Positions 1 through 7,796 of a stretch of 64,000 bases of DNA are shown piece after piece. A model generated the notes under the pieces. The model saw nothing but the letters and a program-made list of their open reading frames with translations. It searched no databases and had not been told where the DNA came from. The DNA is from a virus. The position numbers and the translations under genes were made by a program. The stretch lies in the IMG/VR virus record IMGVR_UViG_3300029208_000007. One strand, given 5' to 3'. Within the stretch, counting starts at the first letter, position 1. Each line of letters begins with the position of its first letter.

Positions 1-58
1 GAACTCATGGAGGGATAGTTGGAGCAGCTGACGCGAAAAAAAATAACGATAATTTACA

Positions 59-100
59 GCCAGATCAGACCGGATCAGATGCCGGAAGGTCTGGCTTTTT
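59..100 (+). terminator. terminator-like hairpin plus T-run
   Basis: Imperfect hairpin GCCAGA..CCGG / CCGG..TCTGGC (59-95) followed by TTTTT (96-100). Confidence 0.45.
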
Positions 101-322
101 GTGTGCCTAATAGAAATATATATATTATATATTAATGAATTACCAGTACACTACTGTATGTTAGTATCTTTTATATCCCTCCATAGATTCCCTAAGGTTA
201 GAGTTGATTAATAATAATTATTATATATAATTATATACAGTATATAGAAATATAGTATAATAATATACATAGATATAGTATATGCTGTTATATGAGATTG
301 ACTAAAAGTTTTAAATTAATAG
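101..322. repeat. AT-rich low-complexity (TATA/ATAT-type) tract upstream of terS-like gene
   Basis: Runs of tatatat / ataatat / atagtata motifs with no ORF. Its position before the packaging gene suggests a pac/cos or origin-like region. Confidence 0.55.
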
Positions 323-352
323 TTGACAGAATAACAACTTGTATGTTAATAC
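323..352 (+). promoter_or_regulatory. candidate sigma-A promoter
   Basis: TTGACA at 323-328. A TG-n-TAATAC element lies about 18 nt downstream. Confidence 0.3.
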
Positions 353-409
353 TGTTAATAGAGATACAGATACAGGCCGAAAGCGAGAACGAACCGCTGG
401 AGGACTGAA

Positions 410-454
410 CCGGTTAGCTACTGGACAACGAACCAGAGCCGACCGGCTTTTTTT
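410..454 (+). terminator. structured leader / terminator upstream of terS-like gene
   Basis: Nested stems CCGGT(410-414)/ACCGG(442-446) and CTGG/CCAG, followed by a T-run at 448-454. The leader carries three GAACC repeats. Confidence 0.4.
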
Positions 455-500
455 ATTTATAATGGTTTAATAGATTAACGTTATAAAGTGAGGTGATACA

Positions 501-1109
501 GTGAAAAATTCAAATACTATAACAACATCCCAAAATATAGAAGTATATGAAAACAAAATATGGTTATTGGTAGATGAATATATAAACGCTGTATTATGCA
601 TACATCAAGAAGATTACGACAGTATAGAAAAGTATAAAAAAGATATAGCTAATAATCGTATTGATATGTTTTTTTATATTGCTGATCATATTGAAAAACC
701 AAGTAATAATGATATAGAACTATTAGACAGTATATTTAATATATATATACGTGTATGTGGTAGATATGGTATATCACCTACTTTGCAAATGTTTGGAATA
801 TTAGTTGGAATTAATAACATGACGTTTAGCGATTGGGCGAACGGAGACTACAGAACCGCCTCAACGCATGGCATAACGGTGAAAAAATGGAAAGAAACAT
901 GTGGAGCCTTTGCGTTGGATAAGCTACACAACCAGGATGGCACGAATGCCAACTTGATATTTGCTTGTAAAGTAGCTTATGGCATGGCGGAAACGGCACC
1001 AATTCCAGCAGGACAGCAGCAGGGCATACCGCAACAGACAGCGCAACAGATCGCAGATAAATACAAAGACGTTCTAGAGCTTCCAGAGATGGAAAAGCCG
1101 GAGCTATAA
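501..1109 (+). CDS. terS: small terminase subunit-like (gp3-type DNA-packaging protein)
   Basis: GTG start after a GAGGTG RBS. An HTH-like segment ISPTLQMFGILVGINNMTFSDW and a later NANLIFACKVAYGM segment resemble gp3-type TerS proteins. Confidence 0.5.
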   Translation: MKNSNTITTSQNIEVYENKIWLLVDEYINAVLCIHQEDYDSIEKYKKDIANNRIDMFFYIADHIEKPSNNDIELLDSIFNIYIRVCGRYGISPTLQMFGILVGINNMTFSDWANGDYRTASTHGITVKKWKETCGAFALDKLHNQDGTNANLIFACKVAYGMAETAPIPAGQQQGIPQQTAQQIADKYKDVLELPEMEKPEL

Positions 1110-1239
1110 CAATATGTTGTACTTTCTGGGACTATCGCACAATATATAGTAACGTTCAATGTTCTTTTAGGGTGTACTCTAAGTATACATCGGCATAACA
1201 ACGATTTTTTGTGCAATATGACAATAAAACGCGAGTAAT

Positions 1240-1400
1240 ATTCCTTGATCGCTGCCGCAGACCGAACGAATAACAGCGTTAAGGCCAGAGCAGCGGGAAC
1301 CCATAGGGAAAAGGGCTACCCGGTCAGCGTTACCAGGAACAGACCCGGGAGGGGGTATATATACAGACCCACATCGGCCTAGTGAGTCCTCCGAGTTCCC
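1240..1400. other. GC-rich non-coding island with CAGACC(C) and CAGCGTTA repeats
   Basis: Composition is clearly GC-richer than the flanks. CAGACC occurs three times and CAGCGTTA twice. There are several short stems and no credible ORF. Confidence 0.3.
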
Positions 1401-1401
1401 G

Positions 1402-1435
1402 AAAAAATAAAAAAGCCCCGTCAATGTGACGGAGC
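1402..1435 (-). terminator. intrinsic terminator of the XRE gene
   Basis: Read on the minus strand: GCTCCGTCA-cat-TGACGGGGC followed by a T-run. Confidence 0.7.
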
Positions 1436-1456
1436 AAGTAAAAAAAAGAAGAGCCA

Positions 1457-1690
1457 TTACGACTCTTCTCTAACATCATCAATATTAAATTTGACGATTA
1501 CATCTGGTATGGCTTCAACCACTATTTGGCATCCGAGGAAATCCAGAATAGTAATCAACTCATTAGCAGAAAGCGTTCCTCTGGAAAACTTATTTGCCAA
1601 AGCTTGTGGAGAAGTTCCAAGATGTTCGGCAACTTGAACATTGGTTGCTTTTTTGAGTCTCATTATCTGTTTTACTTTTTGAGAAACCAT
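1457..1690 (-). CDS. XRE-family HTH transcriptional regulator
   Basis: The segment NVQVAEHLGTSPQALANKFSRG is a typical HTH_3 motif. The gene is divergent from the recombinase gene. Confidence 0.7.
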   Translation of the reverse strand: MVSQKVKQIMRLKKATNVQVAEHLGTSPQALANKFSRGTLSANELITILDFLGCQIVVEAIPDVIVKFNIDDVREES

Positions 1691-1770
1691 AACGATACCT
1701 CCTATAATTATATAATAAACGCAAACGTTTCAAAAATCAATAATAATTCACTTGAATGTGAACAATATAC

Positions 1771-1799
1771 TTGCAATCGCACACGCTAAGGTGTATAAT
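1771..1799 (+). promoter_or_regulatory. sigma-A type promoter for the recombinase operon
   Basis: TTGCAA, 17 nt spacer, TATAAT. The palindrome TTCAC-N6-GTGAA at 1747-1762 just upstream is a possible operator. Confidence 0.6.
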
Positions 1800-1829
1800 T
1801 TATTTATAAAGAAACAGGAGCGTGTATAT

Positions 1830-2420
1830 ATGAAGGTAGGATATGTAAGGGTTTCAACAGTTGACCAGAACGAAGCAAGACAGATTGAAGCCATGAAAGC
1901 AGATAGCGTTGAAAAAATATACGTGGACAAACAGTCAGGAAAAGATTTTAATCGTCCGCAATACCAGCAAATGATTTCGGAACTTAGAGAAGGTGACATG
2001 CTGGTTCTCCATTCTATCGATCGTCTCGGAAGAAATTATGAAGAGATTCTGGAACAATGGAGGATTATTACAAAAGAAATCAAAGCGGACATCATGGTTC
2101 AAGATATGCCACTTCTCAATACATCCATATCAAAAAATTTGGATGGTACGTTTGTAGCAGACTTGGTTCTCCAGATTCTTTCGTATGTATCGCAAAAAGA
2201 AAGAGAAAATATCAAACGCCGTCAAGCAGAGGGCATTGCCATTGCTAAGGCTCAGGGCAAATATAAAGGACGTGCAAAGAAAGAGATTGACAAAAAACTT
2301 TTTGAAGATACTAAAGCCAGATGGCAGAATGGTGAGATTACAAAAATTCAATTTGCTGAGATCATTGGAGTTTCCAGGGGAACATTATACAAAATCTTAG
2401 GGGAGGAAAAGGATGATTGA
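1830..2420 (+). CDS. small serine recombinase (resolvase/invertase family)
   Basis: The N-terminus MKVGYVRVSTVDQN carries the catalytic Ser motif. It also has LHSIDRLGRN and a C-terminal HTH (IAEIIGVSRGTLYK). ATG at 1830 follows an AGGAG RBS. Confidence 0.85.
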   Translation: MKVGYVRVSTVDQNEARQIEAMKADSVEKIYVDKQSGKDFNRPQYQQMISELREGDMLVLHSIDRLGRNYEEILEQWRIITKEIKADIMVQDMPLLNTSISKNLDGTFVADLVLQILSYVSQKERENIKRRQAEGIAIAKAQGKYKGRAKKEIDKKLFEDTKARWQNGEITKIQFAEIIGVSRGTLYKILGEEKDD

Positions 2421-2880
2421 TTTTACAAACAAGGCTATTACTACAAAAAGTGATTTAGAATCGGAACAGTTACTTAAAAAAGCTGTGGCACAAGGGTTTG
2501 GATTACCAAAAGGCGAAAAAGCTTTAATCGCTAACAGATTCTTTAGATTTATCGGAACTCCATATAAGCAGATTTTAATTCCAGCAACGATAAGCCATGC
2601 AGAATTTGACCAGGCTATTTCTTACACGGATTTGTTTGGTGATCCTGAAACGGAATTAAGAAAAATTGTTGATTCAGCTACAAGATGGTGCAGAGCTTAT
2701 GGATATGAGCATTTAAGCATATTTGCAAATGAGGGAATAGATAAATTTTCTGGCAAAGGACTTGCGAAAACTTCAGAAGGCATTATCAAGCGTGTTGATG
2801 CTGATGTGATGAAGCCAAGAAAGATTACTATTGCCGAGTTGGAAAAACAGCTTGGATGCCCGATTGAGATTGTTAGTTAA
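2413..2880 (+). CDS. hypothetical protein
   Basis: The ORF overlaps the recombinase stop, which suggests translational coupling. Confidence 0.5.
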   Translation: MIDFTNKAITTKSDLESEQLLKKAVAQGFGLPKGEKALIANRFFRFIGTPYKQILIPATISHAEFDQAISYTDLFGDPETELRKIVDSATRWCRAYGYEHLSIFANEGIDKFSGKGLAKTSEGIIKRVDADVMKPRKITIAELEKQLGCPIEIVS

Positions 2881-2891
2881 GGATGCTGCCT

Positions 2892-3041
2892 ATGAAAAAT
2901 AATAATCCTCAAGGCGAATCCATCCGCATCCGGTTACCGTACCAGCTAGAACGAAAACTCATAGCTGAGAAGAACCGAACCGGCAAAAGTATATCACAGA
3001 TCACAAGGGAAGCCCTGGCAGAATATTTTCGGAGAAGGTAG
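2892..3041 (+). CDS. ribbon-helix-helix (CopG/Arc-like) protein, 49 aa
   Basis: Hand translation gives MKNNNPQGESIRIRLPYQLERKLIAEKNRTGKSISQITREALAEYFRRR. This fits a beta-strand plus two-helix RHH pattern. The ORF is below the track cutoff. Confidence 0.6.
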   Translation: MKNNNPQGESIRIRLPYQLERKLIAEKNRTGKSISQITREALAEYFRRR

Positions 3042-3045
3042 ACGA

Positions 3046-3489
3046 ATGTCGATATTCAAAAATTTTTTAAAATATAAAAAAGGCTTTTCTGGAGAATTTG
3101 ACGTGCATCCGCTTGAAAAACCTTTAATGCATGACAAGGTATATGAATATCATCACAAGAAAGCTGTTCTTGAAAATGAAATGTTGTACGATACAGAAAC
3201 GGCAAAAAGGATTTTTGCGGACGAATCAAGCTTGGAATATATCTCGTTTGGAGTAAGCACGCAAAGGGTTTATTTCTTAACTCCGAATAGGCATTGGTTT
3301 TCAGCTGAAGAGAGAATCGAAACTGAAAGTGGAATAACTGATGTTGGCGAATGCCGCATACAGGTTACTAAAACAATTTTTGTGTATAGCAATCTTCGAA
3401 TAGAAAAAACACACAGGGTCAAAGATCTGATTGGCAAAAACAATTATGAATTGTACAAGAAATATTTTGGGGAGGTAGAAGAAGCATGA
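3046..3489 (+). CDS. hypothetical protein
   Basis: ORF starting 4 nt after the RHH gene. Confidence 0.5.
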   Translation: MSIFKNFLKYKKGFSGEFDVHPLEKPLMHDKVYEYHHKKAVLENEMLYDTETAKRIFADESSLEYISFGVSTQRVYFLTPNRHWFSAEERIETESGITDVGECRIQVTKTIFVYSNLRIEKTHRVKDLIGKNNYELYKKYFGEVEEA

Positions 3490-3932
3490 AAAGATATTAC
3501 ATTTTTTCCGAAACGCATGAAGATAATACATATCTTGAAATTTATGCCGGATCTGATGAGAAATTCGAAAAAAGAGAAAATATGATAAAAGTTCAGGGAG
3601 AAAATCTCTGGTGTACCAGAGATTTTGGCAATACTTGGGAAAAAATCGAATTAAAAGGAAATGATGTTGAAGCGGAAACAAAATCAGAAAAGAAAGAAGA
3701 TGCATCGCTTCCAGACGAACCAATTGACGTGGCATCCATGCTGATTAATGCAACGATAACTGTTGAAACTAGCAAATCCGGTACATTTTCACCATTGCAT
3801 GATAAAGAACCACAGACCTTTGCAAAGTACGACATAAATCAGCTTCAAGAGATTGCAGAACATCTTCTGGTGTACTGCGAAGCGCAGGAAAGGGGATTCA
3901 AAGATGCCTGTTGTGAAAATTGTGAACCCTAA
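3486..3932 (+). CDS. hypothetical protein
   Basis: ORF with an overlapping stop/start. Confidence 0.5.
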   Translation: MKRYYIFSETHEDNTYLEIYAGSDEKFEKRENMIKVQGENLWCTRDFGNTWEKIELKGNDVEAETKSEKKEDASLPDEPIDVASMLINATITVETSKSGTFSPLHDKEPQTFAKYDINQLQEIAEHLLVYCEAQERGFKDACCENCEP

Positions 3933-4287
3933 ACCGTATGATTGGAGAGGGACGCAGTGTTTTATTGATGGGAATAAAGTTCCAAGAGTAAAATCAGTGG
4001 ATTTTCATGTTGCAGTTGACGAGGTTCCGACATTTGTATTCGAGATGATGGCCGAGCCGGATATTGAAATGGAGTGCTTGGCACAAATCAGTTTCACTTC
4101 TCAATCAATTACTGATGCAATTTTAGTTTTAAGGCATGAACTGTTACAACACGGGGAAATTTACCACGGCTTCAAAGCAAGTCTAAAATCGGCCTTAGAG
4201 CATTACAATTACTGTGGATTACCATTTGAGCCGGAAGAAGAAATCGCAGAGAAGATACTTAATTTTATGATTGGAGAGGAACAATGA
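3904..4287 (+). CDS. hypothetical protein
   Basis: An internal ATG at 3904 is preceded by AGGGGA. The upstream part of the ORF overlaps the previous gene. Confidence 0.45.
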   Translation: MPVVKIVNPKPYDWRGTQCFIDGNKVPRVKSVDFHVAVDEVPTFVFEMMAEPDIEMECLAQISFTSQSITDAILVLRHELLQHGEIYHGFKASLKSALEHYNYCGLPFEPEEEIAEKILNFMIGEEQ

Positions 4288-4457
4288 GATTACCATTAAC
4301 CATTATCGCAGTAGCAATTAATATTCTGATATTTACTACATTAGCTGCATTTTTAATGAGCCGGAATTACAAAGGCAATCAATTTTCCACAGCATTTTTC
4401 TTGCTGATGGAAGCAGGAATGATACTTAATACAGTTTTGATTTGCACAGCGAGGTAA
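4284..4457 (+). CDS. small membrane protein, 57 aa
   Basis: ATGA overlap with the previous stop. Translation is MRLPLTIIAVAINILIFTTLAAFLM...FFLLMEAGMILNTVLICTAR, with two hydrophobic helices. Confidence 0.45.
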   Translation: MRLPLTIIAVAINILIFTTLAAFLMSRNYKGNQFSTAFFLLMEAGMILNTVLICTAR

Positions 4458-4754
4458 AAATATGCTTTTAGCATTTCCAATGCAGATTATCCTGTTCATT
4501 ATCGAAGAACGGGTTAATCATATAAGCAATGCGAAAGGATACGCTTGTCCCGTAGTGGAGCGGTACGCAAGCAAACGATCGAGACATCCGATTTAGCAAA
4601 CATGGCTCTACAAAAAAGAGAACAACTTAGTTATTTAAATGCTGAATTCTCCACATAAGTTGTGCTGCAATTGTAGAGCACATAATAAAAATATTATCAC
4701 ACACTCAATTCTTTCTCCTGCTTTTGTAATGGTGCGGAGTGGGAGAAAGATTTT

Positions 4755-4826
4755 AGGGCTATCACCAAAAGGTAAGGTAACGGACTTTGATTCCGTCATG
4801 TGTGGGTTCGAATCCCACTAGCCCAG
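4755..4826 (+). tRNA. tRNA-Gln (UUG)
   Basis: Cloverleaf folded by hand. Anticodon stem ACGGA/TCCGT with loop CTTTGAT. T-arm GTGGG-TTCGAAT-CCCAC. Six acceptor pairs plus an A1.A72 mismatch. Confidence 0.75.
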
Positions 4827-4886
4827 TTTGCCGGGTTGCGCATGTACCTGGCAATGGTTTATTTTACATAGACCCTCCGACGAAAA

Positions 4887-4938
4887 CCCATCTAGCTCAA
4901 CGGAGCTGATTAAAGGGGCTTCAAATGTCCCGGATGGG
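4887..4938 (+). ncRNA. two-armed mini tRNA-like element (acceptor + hairpin + T-arm, no anticodon arm)
   Basis: Acceptor CCCATCT/GGATGGG. Hairpin AGCTC-aacg-GAGCT. T-arm GGGGC-TTCAAAT-GTCCC. Confidence 0.45.
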
Positions 4939-5060
4939 AATCATCGTAAAAACGATGTACTCTATTTAGCCATGACCTTTGTTGCGGCTGGTGGCAAAGA
5001 ACCGCAACAGTAGAAGCAAATCAACTCAAAATCTGCAATCCGGGAGACTGCTTCTACTCA

Positions 5061-5133
5061 GGAAATTTAGTTCAGCGGTTAGAACGCCCGGCTCATAACC
5101 GGGAAGCCTTGAGTTCGAATCTCAGAATTTCCA
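5061..5133 (+). tRNA. tRNA-Met/Ile2 (CAU)
   Basis: Acceptor GGAAATT/AATTTCC. D-arm GTTC-AGCGGTTA-GAAC. Anticodon loop CTCATAA. T-arm TTGAG-TTCGAAT-CTCAG. Confidence 0.9.
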
Positions 5134-5422
5134 TTTCTTCCGTATGCTACCCATCCGTTTTATGGGCAGAAAAAACTTTCGGATGAGCGTATGTGAATCA
5201 GAATGAGCAAAGGTATGTAACGGCATAGGCTTGTGCTTGATCTGATTTCCCGTCCGATAAATGTTTCTTAGTTTCAATAAGCCATCACAAGCGCGCATTG
5301 ATGACAAGGGAGTTTTCAAGAAACATAAAGTCAAAAGGCATAATAATATCCGAAACAACTTCGTGGGGCTGGCACGGCATAAAACAGCCTAGTGGAACGC
5401 ATAACACGAAAAAATCATTGCT

Positions 5423-5441
5423 AACCCGGGGTGCCCGGGTT
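5423..5441 (+). other. GC hairpin immediately 5' of tRNA-Tyr
   Basis: AACCCGGG-gtg-CCCGGGTT. It could be a processing or terminator element. Confidence 0.4.
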
Positions 5442-5443
5442 TT

Positions 5444-5526
5444 GGGAGAATATTCCGTAGGGGTAGCGGTGCTGGCTGTAAACCAGTTGCTTAACGGCTC
5501 GGGTGGTTCGACTCCATCTTCTCCCA
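5444..5526 (+). tRNA. tRNA-Tyr (GUA), type II with long variable arm
   Basis: Acceptor GGGAGAA/TTCTCCC. Anticodon loop CTGTAAA. T-arm GGTGG-TTCGACT-CCATC. The D-arm is non-canonical (a CCG/CGG stem with extra nucleotides at positions 8-9). Confidence 0.7.
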
Positions 5527-5624
5527 TTATCTCATATTCAGATGAGATATGAGGATGCTGTCCGAGATGTAAGAAACAGTCGGCTAGTGGGTTGCCGGTA
5601 CAAATATGCTGAAAATCCACATAA

Positions 5625-5695
5625 AGCAGGATAGAGAAGTGGTTTCTTCCTGGTTTTCTTATCCAGAGACGGTGGTTCGAATCCGCCTCCTGCAA
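5625..5695 (+). tRNA. tRNA-Arg (UCU)-like
   Basis: D-arm GAGA/TCTT. T-arm GGTGG-TTCGAAT-CCGCC. The anticodon stem has only 4 bp (CTGG/CCAG) and the loop TTTCTTA has a pyrimidine at position 37. There is an A1.A72 mismatch. Confidence 0.6.
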
Positions 5696-5816
5696 TTAAT
5701 CCGTCTATCGTTCAGCGGATTAAAACAAATTCTCAATACACCTTCTTTCTATGAATGTGGAACTCAACCCAATTGCTCTTTCATTGGAGTGATTGACCGT
5801 TATAGGCGGTAAATAT

Positions 5817-5930
5817 GGCGAGGTAGCTCAATTGGTAGAGCAGTAAAAGATTGTAAGTCATGTTTGTGACTTCTACAGCAATTCTTCCATTACAAGGTAC
5901 GTGTTGATGGTTCGACTCCATCCCTTGCCA
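5817..5930 (+). ncRNA. tRNA-like RNA with a 51-nt extended hairpin replacing the anticodon arm
   Basis: Acceptor GGCGAGG/CCTTGCC. Canonical D-arm GCTC-AATTGGTA-GAGC and T-arm GATGG-TTCGACT-CCATC. Between them, 5843-5893 forms a long irregular hairpin (GTAA/TTAC, AGATTG/CAAT-TCT, AAGTCA/TGACTT, loop TGTTTG). Confidence 0.6.
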
Positions 5931-6085
5931 CTATGTGGTGCTTACAGCAATTATTCTGGATATGACTGTAAATCATAAAACCCGAAAGCATCATGAAAAT
6001 TAGGGGACACTTACAGCAACTTATTTATTAAATGGCGAATATTTTATAATTCATTTTATTTTTTGTGTCCTGAAAGGAGAAAAAC

Positions 6086-7543
6086 ATGGATTTCGCAAAC
6101 GCAATGAAAAAAGAAGGCAAATTCACAAGAACCGAAAATGGTGCAGTCGCACTGAACACCACAAGCGATGCAAGACTTGATTTGTTCGGAACTATTGGAG
6201 CATTAAGAGATGCTGATGAGAATAGAATCACTACATTGTTCTCAGAAGCGTATGCACAGGATAAACTCTTTGCAACAAAGATAATTTTCTATGCAAGAGA
6301 TATTCGTTGCGGACTTGGAGAAAGAAAAACTTTCCGAACCATTATTCGCTATATGGCAGAGCATCATCCAGAAGCACTCAGACCAAACCTTGATTTGATT
6401 GGAGTATTTGGAAGATACGATGATCTTTATGAATTGATTGGAACTCCATTGGAAGATGATATGTGGAAGACCATGAAAAATCAGTTCGAGGAAGATTTGA
6501 AGAATCTTAATGATGGAAAAGCAATTTCTCTGCTTGCTAAATGGATTAAAACTGCTGATGCAAGTAGCGCAGAGACTAGAAAATTAGGAATTCTGACTGC
6601 ACAGAAGTTAGACTATCCAGTTTACAACTTTAAGAGAATCGTTCGCAGTATGAGAAAACAGATAGGTGTTGTCGAAAGTCTCATGTCTGCCGGCAAGTGG
6701 AACGAGATTAAATATCCAGAAGTTCCAAGCCGTGCAATGATGATTTATCGTAGAGCCTTTGCAAAGCATGATCCTGATGGTTTTAGCGAGTTCGTCAATA
6801 AAGCTGATAAGGGAGAAGTTAAAATTAATGCTTCAACCTTGTATCCATACGATATCGTAGAGAAAATTCTTTACGGAAAAGAAAACAACAAAGTTCTTGA
6901 AGCACAATGGAAAGCACTTCCAGATTATATTGAACAGGGAACAAATGCACTGATAATGGCTGATGTATCTGGTTCAATGTATGGAAGACCAATGGCAACC
7001 TCAATTGGTCTGGCAATATATTTTGCTGAGAGAAATACAGACGCATATCATAATTTGTTTATGACATTCTCTAGTAATCCACAGATTGTCACATTAAAGG
7101 GCGAAACACTTCACCAGAAAATAATCAATGTTGCAAAAGCAAATTGGGGTTGCAGCACAAACCTTAAAGCAGCATTTGAGAAAGTACTCGATATTGCTGA
7201 AGAGAACAATGTCTCTCAAGAAGAAATGCCGAAAGCTATAGTTGTTATCTCTGATATGGAAATTGATTATAGTGGAAATAAGGACTGGTCTTTCTATGAC
7301 AAAATGGAAAAGAAATTCCAAAAAGCCGGATATATCATTCCGAACGTTATCTTCTGGAATGTATACAGCAGACATGATGTATTTCATGCTGATGCAAAAC
7401 GTAAAGGCGTACAGATTGCAAGTGGCCAGTCGGTAACAGTGTTCAAACAGGTTTTACAGAATCTTGGATATAATCCAGTTGAAGCTATGGAGAATACAAT
7501 CAATTCAGAAAGGTACGACTGCATTACAATTGAGAAAATATAA
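6086..7543 (+). CDS. DUF2828-like / TROVE(Ro60)-like alpha-helical + vWA domain protein
   Basis: The N-terminus TENGAVAL..ARLDLF..YARDIRCGLGERKTF..HHPEAL matches the DUF2828 pattern. The C-terminal vWA has the MIDAS-like segment ADVSGSM. Confidence 0.7.
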   Translation: MDFANAMKKEGKFTRTENGAVALNTTSDARLDLFGTIGALRDADENRITTLFSEAYAQDKLFATKIIFYARDIRCGLGERKTFRTIIRYMAEHHPEALRPNLDLIGVFGRYDDLYELIGTPLEDDMWKTMKNQFEEDLKNLNDGKAISLLAKWIKTADASSAETRKLGILTAQKLDYPVYNFKRIVRSMRKQIGVVESLMSAGKWNEIKYPEVPSRAMMIYRRAFAKHDPDGFSEFVNKADKGEVKINASTLYPYDIVEKILYGKENNKVLEAQWKALPDYIEQGTNALIMADVSGSMYGRPMATSIGLAIYFAERNTDAYHNLFMTFSSNPQIVTLKGETLHQKIINVAKANWGCSTNLKAAFEKVLDIAEENNVSQEEMPKAIVVISDMEIDYSGNKDWSFYDKMEKKFQKAGYIIPNVIFWNVYSRHDVFHADAKRKGVQIASGQSVTVFKQVLQNLGYNPVEAMENTINSERYDCITIEKI

Positions 7544-7549
7544 AACATA

Positions 7550-7638
7550 CGGAGCGAACTAGGTGTAGTGTAGTGGTTCGATTCCACTTGTGGGCGTAGC
7601 TCTTGCGAATAAGGTTCCCACCGTTTTTTTGGTTTTTT
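7550..7638 (+). ncRNA. T-arm-containing structured element / terminator downstream of the vWA gene
   Basis: The long-range stem CGGAGCGAAC/GTTCCCACCG pairs at 8 of 10 positions and has A.A and C.C mismatches. It encloses AGTGG-TTCGATT-CCACT and is followed by T7 and T6 runs. Confidence 0.4.
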
Positions 7639-7673
7639 GACGATATAATAAAATCAGCTTTGGTTAGTTAAGT

Positions 7674-7756
7674 GGTGCATTGCTGTAATGGTAACAGAGA
7701 GACTTGCTAAGTCTTCCAACAGAAATGTTGTCCGTGTTCGAATCACGGATGCACCG
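7674..7756 (+). tRNA. tRNA-Ser (GCU), type II
   Basis: Acceptor GGTGCAT/ATGCACC. D-arm CTGT-AATGGTAA-ACAG. Anticodon loop TTGCTAA. Variable arm CAACA-gaaa-TGTTG. T-arm CCGTG-TTCGAAT-CACGG. Confidence 0.9.
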
Positions 7757-7796
7757 TTCCAATGAACTGCAATCATTGGAAGGATTTCATTTTTAT
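7757..7796 (+). terminator. hairpin (9 bp) after tRNA-Ser
   Basis: TTCCAATGA-actgcaa-TCATTGGAA followed by T-rich sequence. Confidence 0.4.

Noticed and set aside
977-1457. Minus-strand ORFs 977..1216 and 1179..1457.
   Set aside because: The first overlaps the terS-like gene antisense. The second spans the GC-rich non-coding island and the terminator, and it has no RBS.
4827-5060. tmRNA or suppressor tRNA / alternative genetic code.
   Set aside because: No tag-peptide reading frame or tRNA-Ala-like ends were found. All tRNA anticodons found are sense (UUG, CAU, GUA, UCU, GCU). The long genes are uninterrupted under the standard bacterial code.
4639-5812. Six-frame ORFs inside the tRNA array (4639..4821, 4828..5013, 5122..5358, 5285..5695, 5298..5552, 5606..5812).
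   Set aside because: They overlap foldable tRNAs and hairpins, have no SD sequences, and give implausible peptide sequences. The region is better explained as RNA genes.
5817-5930. Group I intron in the tRNA-like gene.
   Set aside because: The insert is only about 50 nt. That is far too short for a group I core (P3-P9), and there is no recognisable P7/G-binding site.
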